From NCBI GenBank assembly GCA_030265395.1, contig JARFYF010000068.1, positions 6,356,634 through 6,420,633 on the forward strand: a stretch of 64,000 bases of DNA, written 5' to 3'. This document shows positions 1 to 12,300 of this stretch, piece by piece (positions within the stretch are counted from its first letter, which is position 1; every line of letters begins with the position of its first letter). The translations under genes were made by a program, and so were the position numbers. The stretch comes from Rhina ancylostomus (Eukaryota). The notes below the pieces were generated by a model that did not search any database, had not been told where the DNA came from, and saw nothing but the letters and a program-made list of their open reading frames with translations.

Positions 1-232
1 GGCCGCTGTCTGTAAGGAGTTTGTACATTCTCCCGGTGTCTGCGTGGGTTTCCCCCGGGTGCTCCGGTTCCCTCCCACATTCCAAAGATGTAGTGGTTAG
101 GAAGTTGCTGGCGTGTTATGATGGTGCCGGAAGCGCGGTTACACTTGTCGGCTGCCCTACGCAAAAGATGCATTTCACTGTGTGCTTCGATGTACATGTG
201 ACTGATAAAGGTATCTCATCTCGATCTCATCT
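1..232 (+). mobile_element. V-SINE/HE1-like SINE, 5' end cut by window edge
   Basis: V-domain core GGAGTTTGTACATTCTCCCGGTGTCTGCGTGGGTTTC...CCCACATTCCAAAGA; 3' tail CATTTCACTGTGTG...GATGTACATGTGACT shared with the copy at 9189-9345. Confidence 0.85.
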
Positions 233-245
233 CACCTAAGCAGCC

Positions 246-826
246 TGTCCAGGTTAGGAGATATTCACGTGCACCTCCTCCAACCTGGTCTAGTGCATCT
301 GGGGGCCCGCGATGTGGCCTGCTCGACATCGGTGAAACTGTAGACTATGCGACTGTTTTGTAGAGCACCTACTCTCTGTTCACAATGGCCATCTTGAGCT
401 TCTGGTTGTACGTCTTTTCAGCTCCCCACACCGCCCCCCAATTCCCACACCATCCTGCCTGACCCTGGCATTCTCCATTGCCACAGCAAGGCCAAACACA
501 AACTATGACACCATCTCACATTGCACTTGGGTAGCCAACAAACCAATGGTATGAGCACTGAATTTTCCAATTTCAGGTAACCCACTCCCCCAGTCCATTT
601 GTGTTCTCTCTCCCTTTGTTCACCTTTTCCATCCCTTCCCCCCTCACCTGGTCACTCCTATGTGCTGGTCACCTTTCCCCTACACTCTCAGTTCTGGTGC
701 AGGGTCTCGACCTGGAATGTCAACCACCCATTTTCCGCAGTAGATGCTGTTCGACCCGCTGAGTTCTTCCAGTGGTTTGTTTATTTTTTGCTCCAGGTTT
801 CAGCAGCTACAATTTCTTCTGTCTCC
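246..826 (+). mobile_element. Degraded Penelope-like element: GIY-YIG endonuclease C-terminus plus terminal repeat
   Basis: Frameshifted translation resembles FTCTSSNLV..I...RCGLL.IGET...EHL...LGS.QPNGM..EFSNFR*, followed by the AGGGTCTCGACC...GATGCTG...GCTGAGTTCTTCCAG terminal module. Confidence 0.75.
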
Positions 827-877
827 TGTGACCGACGGCTGCATTTTGGCACTGATGGGTTGATGCGGGTTGAGCAA

Positions 878-1307
878 TGCTGCCCCCCTGCAGTACTGGA
901 GGTTCAGTGTGGACCCTGTGACCATGCAGTGTTGCCCCCCTGCAGTACTGGATGTTCAGTGTGGACCCTGTGACCATGCAGTGCTGCCCCCCTGCAGTAC
1001 TGGAGGTTCAGTGTGGACCCTGTGACCATGCAGTGTTGCCTCCCTGCAGTACTGGAGGTTCAGTGTGGACCCTGTGACCATGCAGTGCTGCCCCCTGCAG
1101 TATTGGAGGTTCATGTGGACCCTGTGATCGCACAGTGCTGCCCCCTGCAGTACTGGAGGTTCAGTGTGGACCCTGTGACCATGCAGTGCTGCCCCTGTGC
1201 AGTACTGGAGGTTCAGTGTGGACCCTGTGATCACACAGTGCTGCCCCCTGCAGTACCGGAGGTTCAGTGTGGACCCGATGACCAAACTGTGCTGCCTCTG
1301 GCAGTAC
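878..1307. repeat. Minisatellite, about 52-bp unit, about 8 copies
   Basis: Unit CCCCCTGCAGTACTGGAGGTTCAGTGTGGACCCTGTGACCATGCAGTGCTG repeated directly; explains the repetitive ORFs 956-1342 and 1013-1372. Confidence 0.95.
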
Positions 1308-1679
1308 TTAATGATCAACACCAGGTCTGTTTTCGATTCCACTCCAGAAAGATTAACATGAGGACTGAGTAAGTCTGCTGCTCCTCTACTGCTGGATGGG
1401 TGTAGGGTCCGAGTTGGCTCAGTGACACCTGCTAGAGGGCCAATGAGTCAGGGCCTGGCATTCCTCTGGTTCTGCCAGTCCTCGAAGTTTCTTGAGCACT
1501 GGAGGCATTATGTGGAGTGTTCAGTTGCTCAGTGTTGACATCAAATGGTATTGGTGAAGATGCACTACATTTTGTATCTGAGTGAGATGGTTACTTCCTG
1601 CTGGATGCAGGGGTCTGAGACAGGCCTGAAACTGGAGGTCAAAGTTAAGTATTTGGCTGTTCTGCCCCATCAAAAGTAA

Positions 1680-2270
1680 TAGTTACACAGCACAGAAACA
1701 GGCCTTCGGCCCAACTCATCTATGCCAACCAAGTTGTCAACCTGAGCTGGTCCCACCTACCCATGTGTGACCCATATCACCCTCAACCTTTCCTATCCAT
1801 GTACCCATACAAGTATCTTTTAAATGTTGTAATTGTACCCACCTCTACAGCTTCCACTGGCATCTTGTTCCATATACCCACCACCCTCTGTGTGGAAAAC
1901 CTTGCCCCTCAGGACCATTTAAATCTTTCTCCTCACATGTTAATCTGTGTCCTCTACTTTTAGACTCCCCTACCCTGGGAAAAAGACTGTGATCATCCTC
2001 CTGATCTACACCACTCATGATTTGATACACCTCTATAACAGTCACCCCTCAGCCTGCTACGCTCCAGGGGAAGAAGTCCCAGCCTGTCCAGCATCTCCTT
2101 ACAACTCAAGCCCTCCAGTCCTGGCAACATCTTTGTGAATCTCTTCTGCACCCTTTCCAGCTAATGACAGCCTGCCTGCAGATGGGCAACCAGAACTGCA
2201 CACAATACTCAGGGTGTTGTCTCACCAATGTCTTGTGTAATTGTAATACGAAGTCCCAGCTCCTGGACTT
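1680..2270 (-). mobile_element. CR1-type LINE 3' fragment
   Basis: 3' end motif ACAGGCCTTCGGCCCAAC; minus-strand remnants LVRQHPEYCVQFW and EVYQIMSGVD typical of the CR1 ORF2 C-terminus. Confidence 0.85.
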
Positions 2271-2599
2271 TAGTTCAGAAGTAATACTGTGGGGGTCAGT
2301 TTGGCAATGCTGTATCAGGCAGTTAATGTTTGATATCAATCTGATACTAATCCCAAACAGAAATAACGCGCGCATGCCGGAACGTTCGTGTTTGCCTTTG
2401 AAATGCTGGAGGGTCACTGTAGCAACAACCTAGCCTGAGCACTGCACGTGGTGCTTCTGGAGGTCATTTTCAGGCTGGAAGTGCTTGCTGTTGCCCTGAC
2501 AAACACAGCCAGGGTCAGTATTTGCCAACTGCTACACCTTGCAGTGCTAGAGGAGCAGTACTGAGTCTGCATTTGCCTGTTGTTACCCAATGAAAGTTG

Positions 2600-3495
2600 T
2601 GGACTGTTTGTTCTTGTTCTAATTGTGTTCCTTCTTGTAAAAACTGTGCATAGTTTTATCTTTATGTTTTCCTGATGATTGCTGCTTATATAATGCTCTG
2701 TGCCTGTGATGCTGCTGCAAGTAAGTTTTTCATTGCATCTGTGCACATGTGGACTTGTGCATGGAACAATAAACTCGACTTNNNNNNNNNNNNNNNNNNN
2801 NNNNNNNNNNNNNNNNNNNNNNNNNNNNNNNNNNNNNNNNNNNNNNNNNNNNNNNNNNNNNNNNNNNNNNNNNNNNNNNNNNNNNNNNNNNNNNNNNNNN
2901 NNNNNNNNNNNNNNNNNNNNNNNNNNNNNNNNNNNNNNNNNNNNNNNNNNNNNNNNNNNNNNNNNNNNNNNNNNNNNNNNNNNNNNNNNNNNNNNNNNNN
3001 NNNNNNNNNNNNNNNNNNNNNNNNNNNNNNNNNNNNNNNNNNNNNNNNNNNNNNNNNNNNNNNNNNNNNNNNNNNNNNNNNNNNNNNNNNNNNNNNNNNN
3101 NNNNNNNNNNNNNNNNNNNNNNNNNNNNNNNNNNNNNNNNNNNNNNNNNNNNNNNNNNNNNNNNNNNNNNNNNNNNNNNNNNNNNNNNNNNNNNNNNNNN
3201 NNNNNNNNNNNNNNNNNNNNNNNNNNNNNNNNNNNNNNNNNNNNNNNNNNNNNNNNNNNNNAGGTTCTTGAACTGACCTGAAAACATTACCATGGACTGG
3301 ATGTTTTTTCCCTCCTATAATCTTGCAAAATAACAAAATAAATGAAAATAGTGCATGTCTAATTTATGTCAAGTTTATGTAAATTTATGTTTATCCTCAG
3401 CTTGCAATGTACAGTGCAGCTGCTGAAATAAGCTAATTTTCATGGCATTTATACTGTGTACGTGTGTCTATGACAACAATAAACTTGAACTTGAA
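2600..3495 (+). mobile_element. LINE 3' tail fragments (Rex1/Babar-like) flanking an assembly gap
   Basis: Tails TGTGATGCTGCTGCAAGTAAGTTTTTCATTGC...ACAATAAACTCGACTT and ...GACAACAATAAACTTGAACTTGAAC; N-gap from 2782 to about 3261. Confidence 0.5.
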
Positions 3496-4817
3496 CCGGT
3501 GCAGTAGACACAGTTTTCTAACATTTGGCCACCACTGCCCCCTGCAACACTCGAGCAGTAGTGTCTGGTATTTGCCCCATCGGGGCTCTGCAGTGCTGGA
3601 GCTGACGTTTCAACATCTGCCTGCTGTTGTTCCTACAATGCTGAAGGTTTAGATTTGAGGTGAGATCTGCCCTCTGCAGCACTGGACAGACAATATCTGG
3701 TAATGTGCCAGTTGCTGCACACGACAACACTGATGGGGCTGTATCTCTACCTACTGTCAGTCAGCCCCTGAAACAGAGGATGTACCACATCTGGTAACTG
3801 CTCTCTGCTGCAGTACTGGACACGTGCTTTGTGATGTTCACCCTCCACAGCTCCCTGCAGTACTGAAGGGGCCGTANNNNNNNNNNNNNNNNNNNNNNNN
3901 NNNNNNNNNNNNNNNNNNNNNNNNNNNNNNNNNNNNNNNNNNNNNNNNNNNNNNNNNNNNNNNNNNNNNNNNNNNNNNNNNNNNNNNNNNNNNNNNNNNN
4001 NNNNNNNNNNNNNNNNNNNNNNNNNNNNNNNNNNNNNNNNNNNNNNNNNNNNNNNNNNNNNNNNNNNNNNNNNNNNNNNNNNNNNNNNNNNNNNNNNNNN
4101 NNNNNNNNNNNNNNNNNNNNNNNNNNNNNNNNNNNNNNNNNNNNNNNNNNNNNNNNNNNNNNNNNNNNNNNNNNNNNNNNNNNNNNNNNNNNNNNNNNNN
4201 NNNNNNNNNNNNNNNNNNNNNNNNNNNNNNNNNNNNNNNNNNNNNNNNNNNNNNNNNNNNNNNNNNNNNNNNNNNNNNNNNNNNNNNNNNNNNNNNNNNN
4301 NNNNNNNNNNNNNNNNNNNNNNNNNNNNNNNNNNNNNNNNNNNNNNNNNNNNNNNNNNNNNNNNNNNNNNNNNNNNNNNNNNNNNNNNNNNNNNNNNNNN
4401 NNNNNNNNNNNNNNNNNNNNNNNNNNNNNNNNNNNNNNNNNNNNNNNNNNNNNNNNNNNNNNNNNNNNNNNNNNNNNNNNNNNNNNNNNNNNNNNNNNNN
4501 NNNNNNNNNNNNNNNNNNNNNNNNNNNNNNNNNNNNNNNNNNNNNNNNNNNNNNNNNNNNNNNNNNNNNNNNNNNNNNNNNNNNNNNNNNNNNNNNNNNN
4601 NNNNNNNNNNNNNNNNNNNNNNNNNNNNNNNNNNNNNNNNNNNNNNNNNNNNNNNNNNNNNNNNNNNNNNNNNNNNNNNNNNNNNNNNNNNNNNNNNNNN
4701 NNNNNNNNNNNNNNNNNNNNNNNNNNNNNNNNNNNNNNNNNNNNNNNNNNNNNNNNNNNNNNNNNNNNNNNNNNNNNNNNNNNNNNNNNNNNNNNNNNNN
4801 NNNNNNNNNNNNNNNNC

Positions 4818-5365
4818 TCTGACACCCCCTGCAGGGCTGGAGGAGTACAACCAGTTCCCTGCCCCTCTGACACCCCCTGCAGGGCTGGAGGAGCAGCACT
4901 GATTCCCGCCCCTCCCATGCCCCCTGCAGGGCCGGAGGAGCATAACCGACCCCCATTGATTCGCACACACCGGCCGCCTGCGCCTCCTTTCCCCTCCACC
5001 ACCCCCATCGCCTCACGGGTCGTTCCCGCCTCCGAGGCTCCTCTCCCACCTGCTTCCGGGTCTGCTGTCGCTCCCGACCTCCCGCTGTCCCGGTAAATCT
5101 GCCGCAGGGAAACGAAAGCCATGAACTCCACCGTGCTCCAGGAGACGAAAATAAAGTTAGCCAGGGATACACAGGCGAGAGCGGCAGACTGGAGCACGGC
5201 CATGGCAACGCTGGGAACGCTTCCGGGTTATGGGAGGTTTCCCGCCTTCCCGCCGGCCATCTTCGGACACGCCTGAGCCTGCGCGGGAATACCCGACTGT
5301 GGTGAATAGGGCACTTTCTCAGTCGCAGTGCACGCCGGGAACTAGACGGGGCCATTGTGGCCTCC
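4818..5365 (-). promoter_or_regulatory. CpG island / promoter and first exon region of NRM
   Basis: GC- and CpG-rich segment; ETS-type CCGGAAG (minus, 5220-5226) and YY1-like AAGATGGC (minus, about 5256-5263) just upstream of the ATG. Confidence 0.7.
5050..5203 (-). CDS. NRM: Nurim (nuclear envelope membrane protein), coding exon 1
   Basis: GCCATGG Kozak; MAVLQSAALACVSLANFIFVSWSTVEFMAFVSLRQIYRDSGRSGATADPEA aligns with the recalled human NRM N-terminus ([24 protein letters not shown]); 154 nt ending at phase-1 donor CAG|GTGGGA. Later exons not found (in gaps or outside the window). Confidence 0.85.
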
Positions 5366-5949
5366 GGTTTGACCAAAGGCAGAAACTCTGAGGCAGTTTT
5401 GGAAACCACAAGAGATTTTTTTTTACGTAAACGAAACTTGTGAAGTAATACAACGCTACTACAAAAAAAATTTACAAAGGATATAGTGCGAATTTCATAG
5501 GGAGATGTGTAGTGACTCCACGTTCGAAAAATAGAATTAAGAATTTGGGAATGATGACAGAAAGACGTCATAATGAAAGAATGCCCAAAATATGGAAAAG
5601 GTTGTTGAGTTTAATGGGTTGTGGTTTGAGGATAGTGGTGAGTCAATTCAATTTTTCTAAACTGAGTGTTGTATATTGCTGTTGATTAAAGTCATTAAGT
5701 TATAAGATAGAATTATAGATCTCGAGGGAGGCATTTTGCAGCATTGTATCCTGCTCATTGCATGTTAGCACTGTCCAATTCATCCTGTTTACCTCGCCTT
5801 TCTCAGCATTTTTTTTTCTTGTTTTAACTATTACCTGTTTGGCAATGACTTAAACGGGCACGTGAAATGGGATTTCAAAATGTCGTCTCTTTTTGCTATC
5901 ATTTCTTTATTTTATATATTGTAGTGGAGATGATCTTTACCCTGAGACA

Positions 5950-6295
5950 ACTGCAAAGAAAATGCGGAGAGCAGCACTGCCACTAAATATGGTACTCTTC
6001 AACCTCACTGGAGCTTTTGACTCCACCACTTTAGGTCGGCTGTGGAGCGCTCTTCTCAAATTTGGCTTCCTGGAGGAATTTATCTTCATGTTACGTTTGC
6101 TCGATGGTGGGGTGCAGGATATAAACTAATGGGTCTACAACAATCTCTGTGCAGACTGGTTGCAAACAAGTCTGCATCATTGTTCCAACAGTTCTATCAA
6201 TCTTCATCACCGTACTGTTGCATCTCACCCCCAACAAACTTCCTGTGGGAGTAGAACTAATCTTCAGAACTAAAGGGAAGCTGTTCAATCTGTTC
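5950..6295 (+). mobile_element. RTE-clade LINE reverse transcriptase fragment
   Basis: LTGAFDS...LWSALLKFGFLEEFIFMLRLL and QTGCKQVCIIVPTVLSIF...GVELIFRTKGKLFNL match RTE RT motifs (DLTKAFD, GVKQGC..AP.LF, YRTDGKLFNL). Confidence 0.8.
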
Positions 6296-6344
6296 AATGG
6301 CAGGTGCCTGGAAAGGGCTGCCAGGGATGGTGGTGGAAGCAGAT

Positions 6345-6825
6345 ACGATACATTACAGGACACTAGCCTCCCCTCCTTGGACTCTTGCTGTCTTGGTGAA
6401 GCAGCTGGCATAACCAAGGACCCCACCCACCTGGAACATTCCCTCTTCTCTCCTCTCCCATCAGGTAGAAGATACAGGAGCCTGAGGGCACGTACCACCA
6501 GGCTTAAGGACAGCTTCTACCCCACTGTGNNNNNNNNNNNNNNNNNNNNNNNNNNNNNNNNNNNNNNNNNNNNNNNNNNNNNNNNNNNNNNNNNNNNNNN
6601 NNNNNNNNNNNNNNNNNNNNNNNNNNNNNTTGCACTGCACTTTCTCTGTAGCTGTGACACTTTACTCTGTACTGTTATTGTTTTTAACTGTACTACATCA
6701 ATGCACACTGTACTAACTCAATGTAACTGCACTGTGTAATGAAATGACCTGTACAATCGGTTTGCAAGACAAGTTTTTCACTGTCCCTCAGTACAAATGA
6801 CAATAATAAACCAACACCAACACTA
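6345..6825 (+). mobile_element. Rex1/Babar LINE 3' end
   Basis: KDPTHLEHSLFSPLPSGRRYRSLRARTTRLKDSFYP C-terminal motif plus tail ending ACAATAATAAACCAACACCAA; tail repeated at about 7027-7122. Confidence 0.8.
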
Positions 6826-7194
6826 GTACCTTAACAATTATGCTGCTGTATGTTGTTAGTACATCGGACTGTCAGCCCTAGAGAACACACAACAGTGATG
6901 GGGTTGGAGACACTTTCTTCACTGATTTGGTGGCATTCCTCGTACCACCGTTGCAAACTGCATCATTGCAGTTTGCAGTCCCTCGCCGGCAAGCGCTGAC
7001 GCAAATCTGTAGCTTAAGGCACAAGCAGTGCACTGTGTAATGAATTGACCCGCACGATCGGTTTATAAGACAAGTTTTTCACTGTCCCTCGGTACAAGCG
7101 ACAATAATAAACCAACACCAATAGTGGTGTTTAAGAAGCTTGCAGATATGCACGTGAATATGCAGGAAACGGAAGGATCTCACCCCATGTCTCA

Positions 7195-7930
7195 GGGGCC
7201 ACCTCTCAGCAAAGGCCGTCATCAATGATGAACACCAGTACCATCTTCAATGCACCAGCACAGCCTTTTGTCAACAGAGGAAAAACGTAATTTAATATCA
7301 GAAGATAAGACCTGGCGCAAAATTCATACTTCACAGGGCAGCAGTGATCCCTGCCCTTGTATGTGTTTCTGGCGCCTGTATTACTACAGCACGGCTTTCT
7401 AGTCAATGGATAAGTACCTCCAGTTGTATCAGCAATATCTCCAAATTCTCTGGAATGCAGAACAATGTAACCACCCTCTGAGGCCATCGTCTCGCGTATC
7501 GAGTCCCTGGTTACACTAAACCGGCTACATCAGGCAGACCCATGTCCTCTCCATGCCTAACACCACTGTCCTGAAACAGACATTCAAACCGGAACTCGGA
7601 AATGGGAAGTGATTAGCGAATGGAGAAGAAAAATGATTCATCCACATGTCTGAAGAGATGCACAATTCCCACTGATTCCTGGGAATCTCTTGCCACGGAC
7701 CGCTCAAAGTGGGGAAAGGGCATTCAGGATGATATCGAGAACCTCGAGGTCAAGCACTGGGAATAAGGCAGAGCCCTGCGTCACCTTAGAAAGAGTCCCT
7801 CCATCCGCCCCATGAGACACCTCTTACCATATCTGTGGAAGAGTCTTCACTTCCAACGTTGGCCTCATCAGGAACGGACAAACCCACAACTCGGAGTGGA
7901 AGCAAGTCACCCTCGACCTTGAAGGATATA
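7195..7930 (+). mobile_element. RTE LINE C-terminal/3' fragment, probable continuation of the 5950-6295 element
   Basis: Degraded GHLSAKA.I.DE..., AAVIPAL.Y, WESLATDRSKW.K.I segments typical of the RTE ORF end. Confidence 0.65.
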
Positions 7931-7934
7931 AGCA

Positions 7935-9088
7935 AGGTTAGACCATTCAGCCCCTCGTGCCTGCTTTGGGAATCAATAAATTCAGAGCTGATTTTTTAAA
8001 ATCTCAGTTTCCTTTTCCTCCTCAATTTTCACATTCTTTGATCCACTGAACACCTAAAAGCCCATTGATACCCGTTGTGGATACACTGAGCCATTTGGCC
8101 TCCACAGGTCCCTTGGGTAAACATTTCATTACCTTCTAAGGACATTTCTCATCTTTGTCCTGAATGGTTGAACCCTGATTTTGAGACTTGTGATCCCTGG
8201 TTCCATACATTCCAGCCAGGGGATGTCACGTATCATTCTTCTAAACGCAAGGCTGGAAGCCAAGCTTGCTTCATCTGCCGTCCTAGGACTTGATCCAGTC
8301 ATCCTTTACTGTAGTCGCTCTTGGCAGCTATATCATACCTTAGGTAGATGGGTGAAAGGTAGATAGGTTCCTCGGGTTCTTTGACTAGACATGAACACAG
8401 GATGCCAGCTGCAGACTCATGAGGACTCGATATAATTGGAGAGAGATGGTTCCATCCCTGTACTTAAATCTCCTTGCAATAACGCCCAACATACTGTTTA
8501 TTTGCCTGCTGTACTTGCATGTTATCTTCGAGTGAGTTCTGTACATGGGTAACATCATCTTTCAGTCTCCCACTATTTGAACCATACTCTCCCGTCCTAT
8601 TTATCTACCACAGCTGATAACTTGGTATCTTTCTGCCCATTCACTGAACCTGTCCCACGTCCCTGAACCCTTTCGGCATCCCCCCGGTCAAATTCCAGCC
8701 CCCACCGACCTTGTAATCATCCGCAAACTTGGATACATATTACACTGGATCCGTGCATCCAAATCATCGATATGGACCGTGAACAATTATGTCCCCAGCA
8801 CCGACTGAAGTACCCCATTGGTCACACCTTCCCGACCTGAAATTCACCTATTCAGAATCAACGGGAGAAACAGCACAGAGACAGGCCCGTCACCAACCGT
8901 GCCAAGCATCACTTGCCCATGTGCACAAATGCTGCATTAGAACCATAGAACACTGCAGCAAGAAAAGAGGCCATTCGGCCCTTCTAGTCTGTGCCGCAAC
9001 TTTGTTCCGCTAGTCCCATTGACCTGCACCCAATCCATAACCCTCCAGACCTCTCCCGTCCATGTATCTATCCAATTTATTCTTAAAA
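7935..9088 (-). mobile_element. CR1-type LINE fragments (old degraded copy plus younger 3' end at about 8940-9088)
   Basis: GACCATTCAGCCCCTCG and GGCCATTCGGCCC 3' motifs; FKNKLDRYMDGRGLEGYG in ORF 9010-9267. Confidence 0.7.
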
Positions 9089-9188
9089 NNNNNNNNNNNN
9101 NNNNNNNNNNNNNNNNNNNNNNNNNNNNNNNNNNNNNNNNNNNNNNNNNNNNNNNNNNNNNNNNNNNNNNNNNNNNNNNNNNNNNNNN

Positions 9189-9345
9189 TTCCAAAGACGT
9201 ACGGGTTAGGAAGTTGTGGGCGTGCTGTGTTGGCACCGGAAGCGTGGCGACATTTGCGGGCTGCCACCAGGGCACTCTACGCAAAAGATATATTTCACTG
9301 TGTGTTTCAATGTACATGTGACTAATAAAGATAGCTTGTCTTGTT
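9189..9345 (+). mobile_element. V-SINE/HE1-like SINE 3' half
   Basis: TTCCAAAGACGTACGGGTTAGG...TTTCACTGTGTGTTTCAATGTACATGTGACTAATAAA, homologous to 1-232. Confidence 0.8.
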
Positions 9346-12300
9346 TTGTACAGAACGGTAAGCGAAAGTGTTGAGTAGATTGCTTGCTGTGTCCCTTAAT
9401 GCCTGACTTCACACTACACCTGGATATCCCATAGATTAACATGGTGTAAATACAGGAATAAAGAATCCGTCATCTAAATACCCAGATGCTGAAGAGAGAC
9501 ACCCCCACTTTCTTTATTCATATTAACGTCTTGCGGTTAATGTTGCAGAGAAAAACAAAATAAAAACAAAACATCGTTCAGAGGAATACAGTAGCTTTAA
9601 TTGACATAAGCATAGAGCAAGTTAATGAAAATAATAAATTCATTTCATACAGGGAACAAGACTGATACATTTTTTTGTTGCTACCTAGACTGTAAAGTGA
9701 TCAGTTTGATAAGAAACAGCAAGTCTCAGGCATATATGTGATGCTCAGCTTTGGTAAACCAATTCGCCGCGCAGCCGTTATATGGTAAAGTAAAGCCGGT
9801 GAGAAATCGATACTTGTGCATATCTGGGGCCCAGGTGAAGGACAGTAGGGATGGTGGGAGTGATGGATGCAGATGTTTACACAGGCAGGAAGTTCGCAGA
9901 CTTTATAAAGCCGGCCTTCTATTTGCTTCTTTCCCTTAGGAAATCTAGCCGCAACCTGTGAGCATGCCATCATTAACACACATGAATAATTACATACTCC
10001 CAAGGAACCCAGGAATAAAGACAGGATTGGAGATAACTGATCTTATAAATTACCTTGGCGAGAGGTTGGTTGGGGGTGGGGGCGGGAAATGCTACATTTG
10101 AAATCTTTCTACTGATTATAATGGATAGAAAAATCCAGTGGTGTCCAAGTTGATCCATTAAAAAAAATGTATGGAAGGTGGGGAAAAATCACAAATATTT
10201 TCAAGCGTGCATAACGATTTCCCAACGTTGCAATTTACCCAAGATCTCCTTAAATATTGTGAACAATTTAAGAGAGAAGAGCAATTTCAGAAAGACCAAA
10301 AGTTACCGAGTACAATTATCGATGCAGAGGTAACAGGGACATTTTTCAATACTACTCTTCTGATAATTTATAGTCAATTGGTAACTTTGGCAAATCGTGG
10401 GTGAGTTGCGGAAATCCGTGCTGGACATTAGTTGACCATGATATCTCGATGTACAATTCCATTTTATTAAGTGCAACAGAATACTTAGCATATCTGATGT
10501 GGACTGCCAGAAAGTACAACCGTGAGAAGTTTTCAAGCTGCTACTATAGAGAAATGATAAATGTCATTTTTCCAGAGAGTTCACGAATATTTTCCACTGC
10601 AGTGTTAACTATTCTCTCAGCATAAGAAATGGAGGATAACCACGCCAATTTTATATGTAGCACACAGGAAATATCCCTATTTGAAGCAAGCCATTTGCAG
10701 TGAAAAGAAAGGTGGAAAGACAGATGCATTTTTAAAATCGGAGACCTTTTCTTGTGTATCTAGCTCTGTATCTCTTCGTTAGGTTCTGAAAAATAAGGAT
10801 TTGATGGAAGATGTGTTATTTAACAGCCACTTATTGTTACTAATAGTTCTTCTCATACATAATGCAAGCTACTATTCAATTTAAATTAAGGCGTACCAAA
10901 CCGTACAATTGGTTGACTGTACAAAACCACCTTACCCGTTACCTGAGAAACCTTGGCCTTCTTTGATGACAGTTGCATTTCACCAGGGTAAGATTATCCT
11001 TCTCCCACGTGATTGTTAACACATTAGACCTATAAGTTACAGGCTATTCAATGCGATAAATTCCTCCCTTGCCTATAATTTCCAGAGATGGCATGGCAAT
11101 TATTTTCGTATTAAAATATATCGTTGATCACTGAGTATGAATCACCTCATTTTATCATATCTCCGCAATATCCTCACATTATTCTGATGTTTGTTATGCT
11201 TCCGGGTTTATGTTATTAACTGTGTATATAGTACGCATGCTCTTATTATACTCTTCCCTTATCATTCCGTCCGTTTTCCTCCCATGTGTCATTACGACAT
11301 TATAAACCATTGTTTATTTCTGCTTCAGCTGTCTGAAAATTGGAGGTCGCAGCAGAATTGTGTTTTATTGTGAAAAATGTCAGTCTCCACATTTCTAATT
11401 TTGAACATAGCAAAACGTTAACAGAAATATTATCCGTTTCAGGGAACGCAGAGAAAGCAGTTGAAGTGATTGAGTGGATTAGACTTGTCCACCTTCACAA
11501 TCCAGATAACTTAACAAGTAATGAATATGTTGGTATGGTGAGCCGAATCGTGCATTTTTTGGGTGTGATTCCTAGGGAGAGTAAAAGTGGAATTTCACTT
11601 GCAACAAAGCATGCAACAATTATCCAGTGCACCGAAACAAGGAAAGTCTGGGCAACAACCGGGGTATTTAATGAGTTAATGAGTGTGATATCATTGCTCT
11701 TGTTCTTGTTATATTAATATTAATATCATAAACGCCGTGGTCTCCTCTCTACTTTTGGCCAACATTGTCTCTTTTCTCGTTCAATTGAAAATATTTGCCC
11801 TGTATCAAGAACATTTTCACACCATTGTCTATAGATTTCAAATTACAAATATTCTCATTAATGGATATTGTATCTCAGTTACTTAAGATGATATATGACT
11901 CTCGTTACTTTTGCATGGAAATCCCTTTCCGTTACTCGCTAAGTAGTCTTGCACAGGTAACTTCAACAGATTGACCCACGTGAAGCCAAACTGCGGTCCT
12001 CTAAAACATCTGAGATCTGAAGGTGATTGTCCCTTTCTTTCAACTCATTAATCCATAAAGAATGGTTGGAATGAACACTTCCAAAACCTTAGAAACTGTG
12101 CCTGATGAATGATCACAACATCGACTCTACACACGGCATCAATCTGACATTCTAAAAGCAGGCGGGAAAGAGAACCATTTGTCTTTCCTTAAATTCTGAA
12201 GAATTCTTTGCTGAACACCACAATTGTTGCAAAATAAGGAAAGGTCCAAACGTGTAAACTTTTGAAGCATTTCCCTCCTTTCCGTCAGTGGGATAGTTCT

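Noticed and set aside
878-1307. Repeat array as a CRISPR locus or coding repeat
   Set aside because: Head-to-tail units without unique spacers in a vertebrate intron: an ordinary minisatellite.
2414-2580. Candidate NRM exon 2 (LAVFVRA...)
   Set aside because: Lacks the QHSLMA and LQRS.YV motifs recalled for NRM exon 2; no fitting splice sites.
5121-5276. Plus-strand ORF MNSTVLQETKIKLARDTQ... in the CpG island
   Set aside because: It is the antisense shadow of NRM exon 1.
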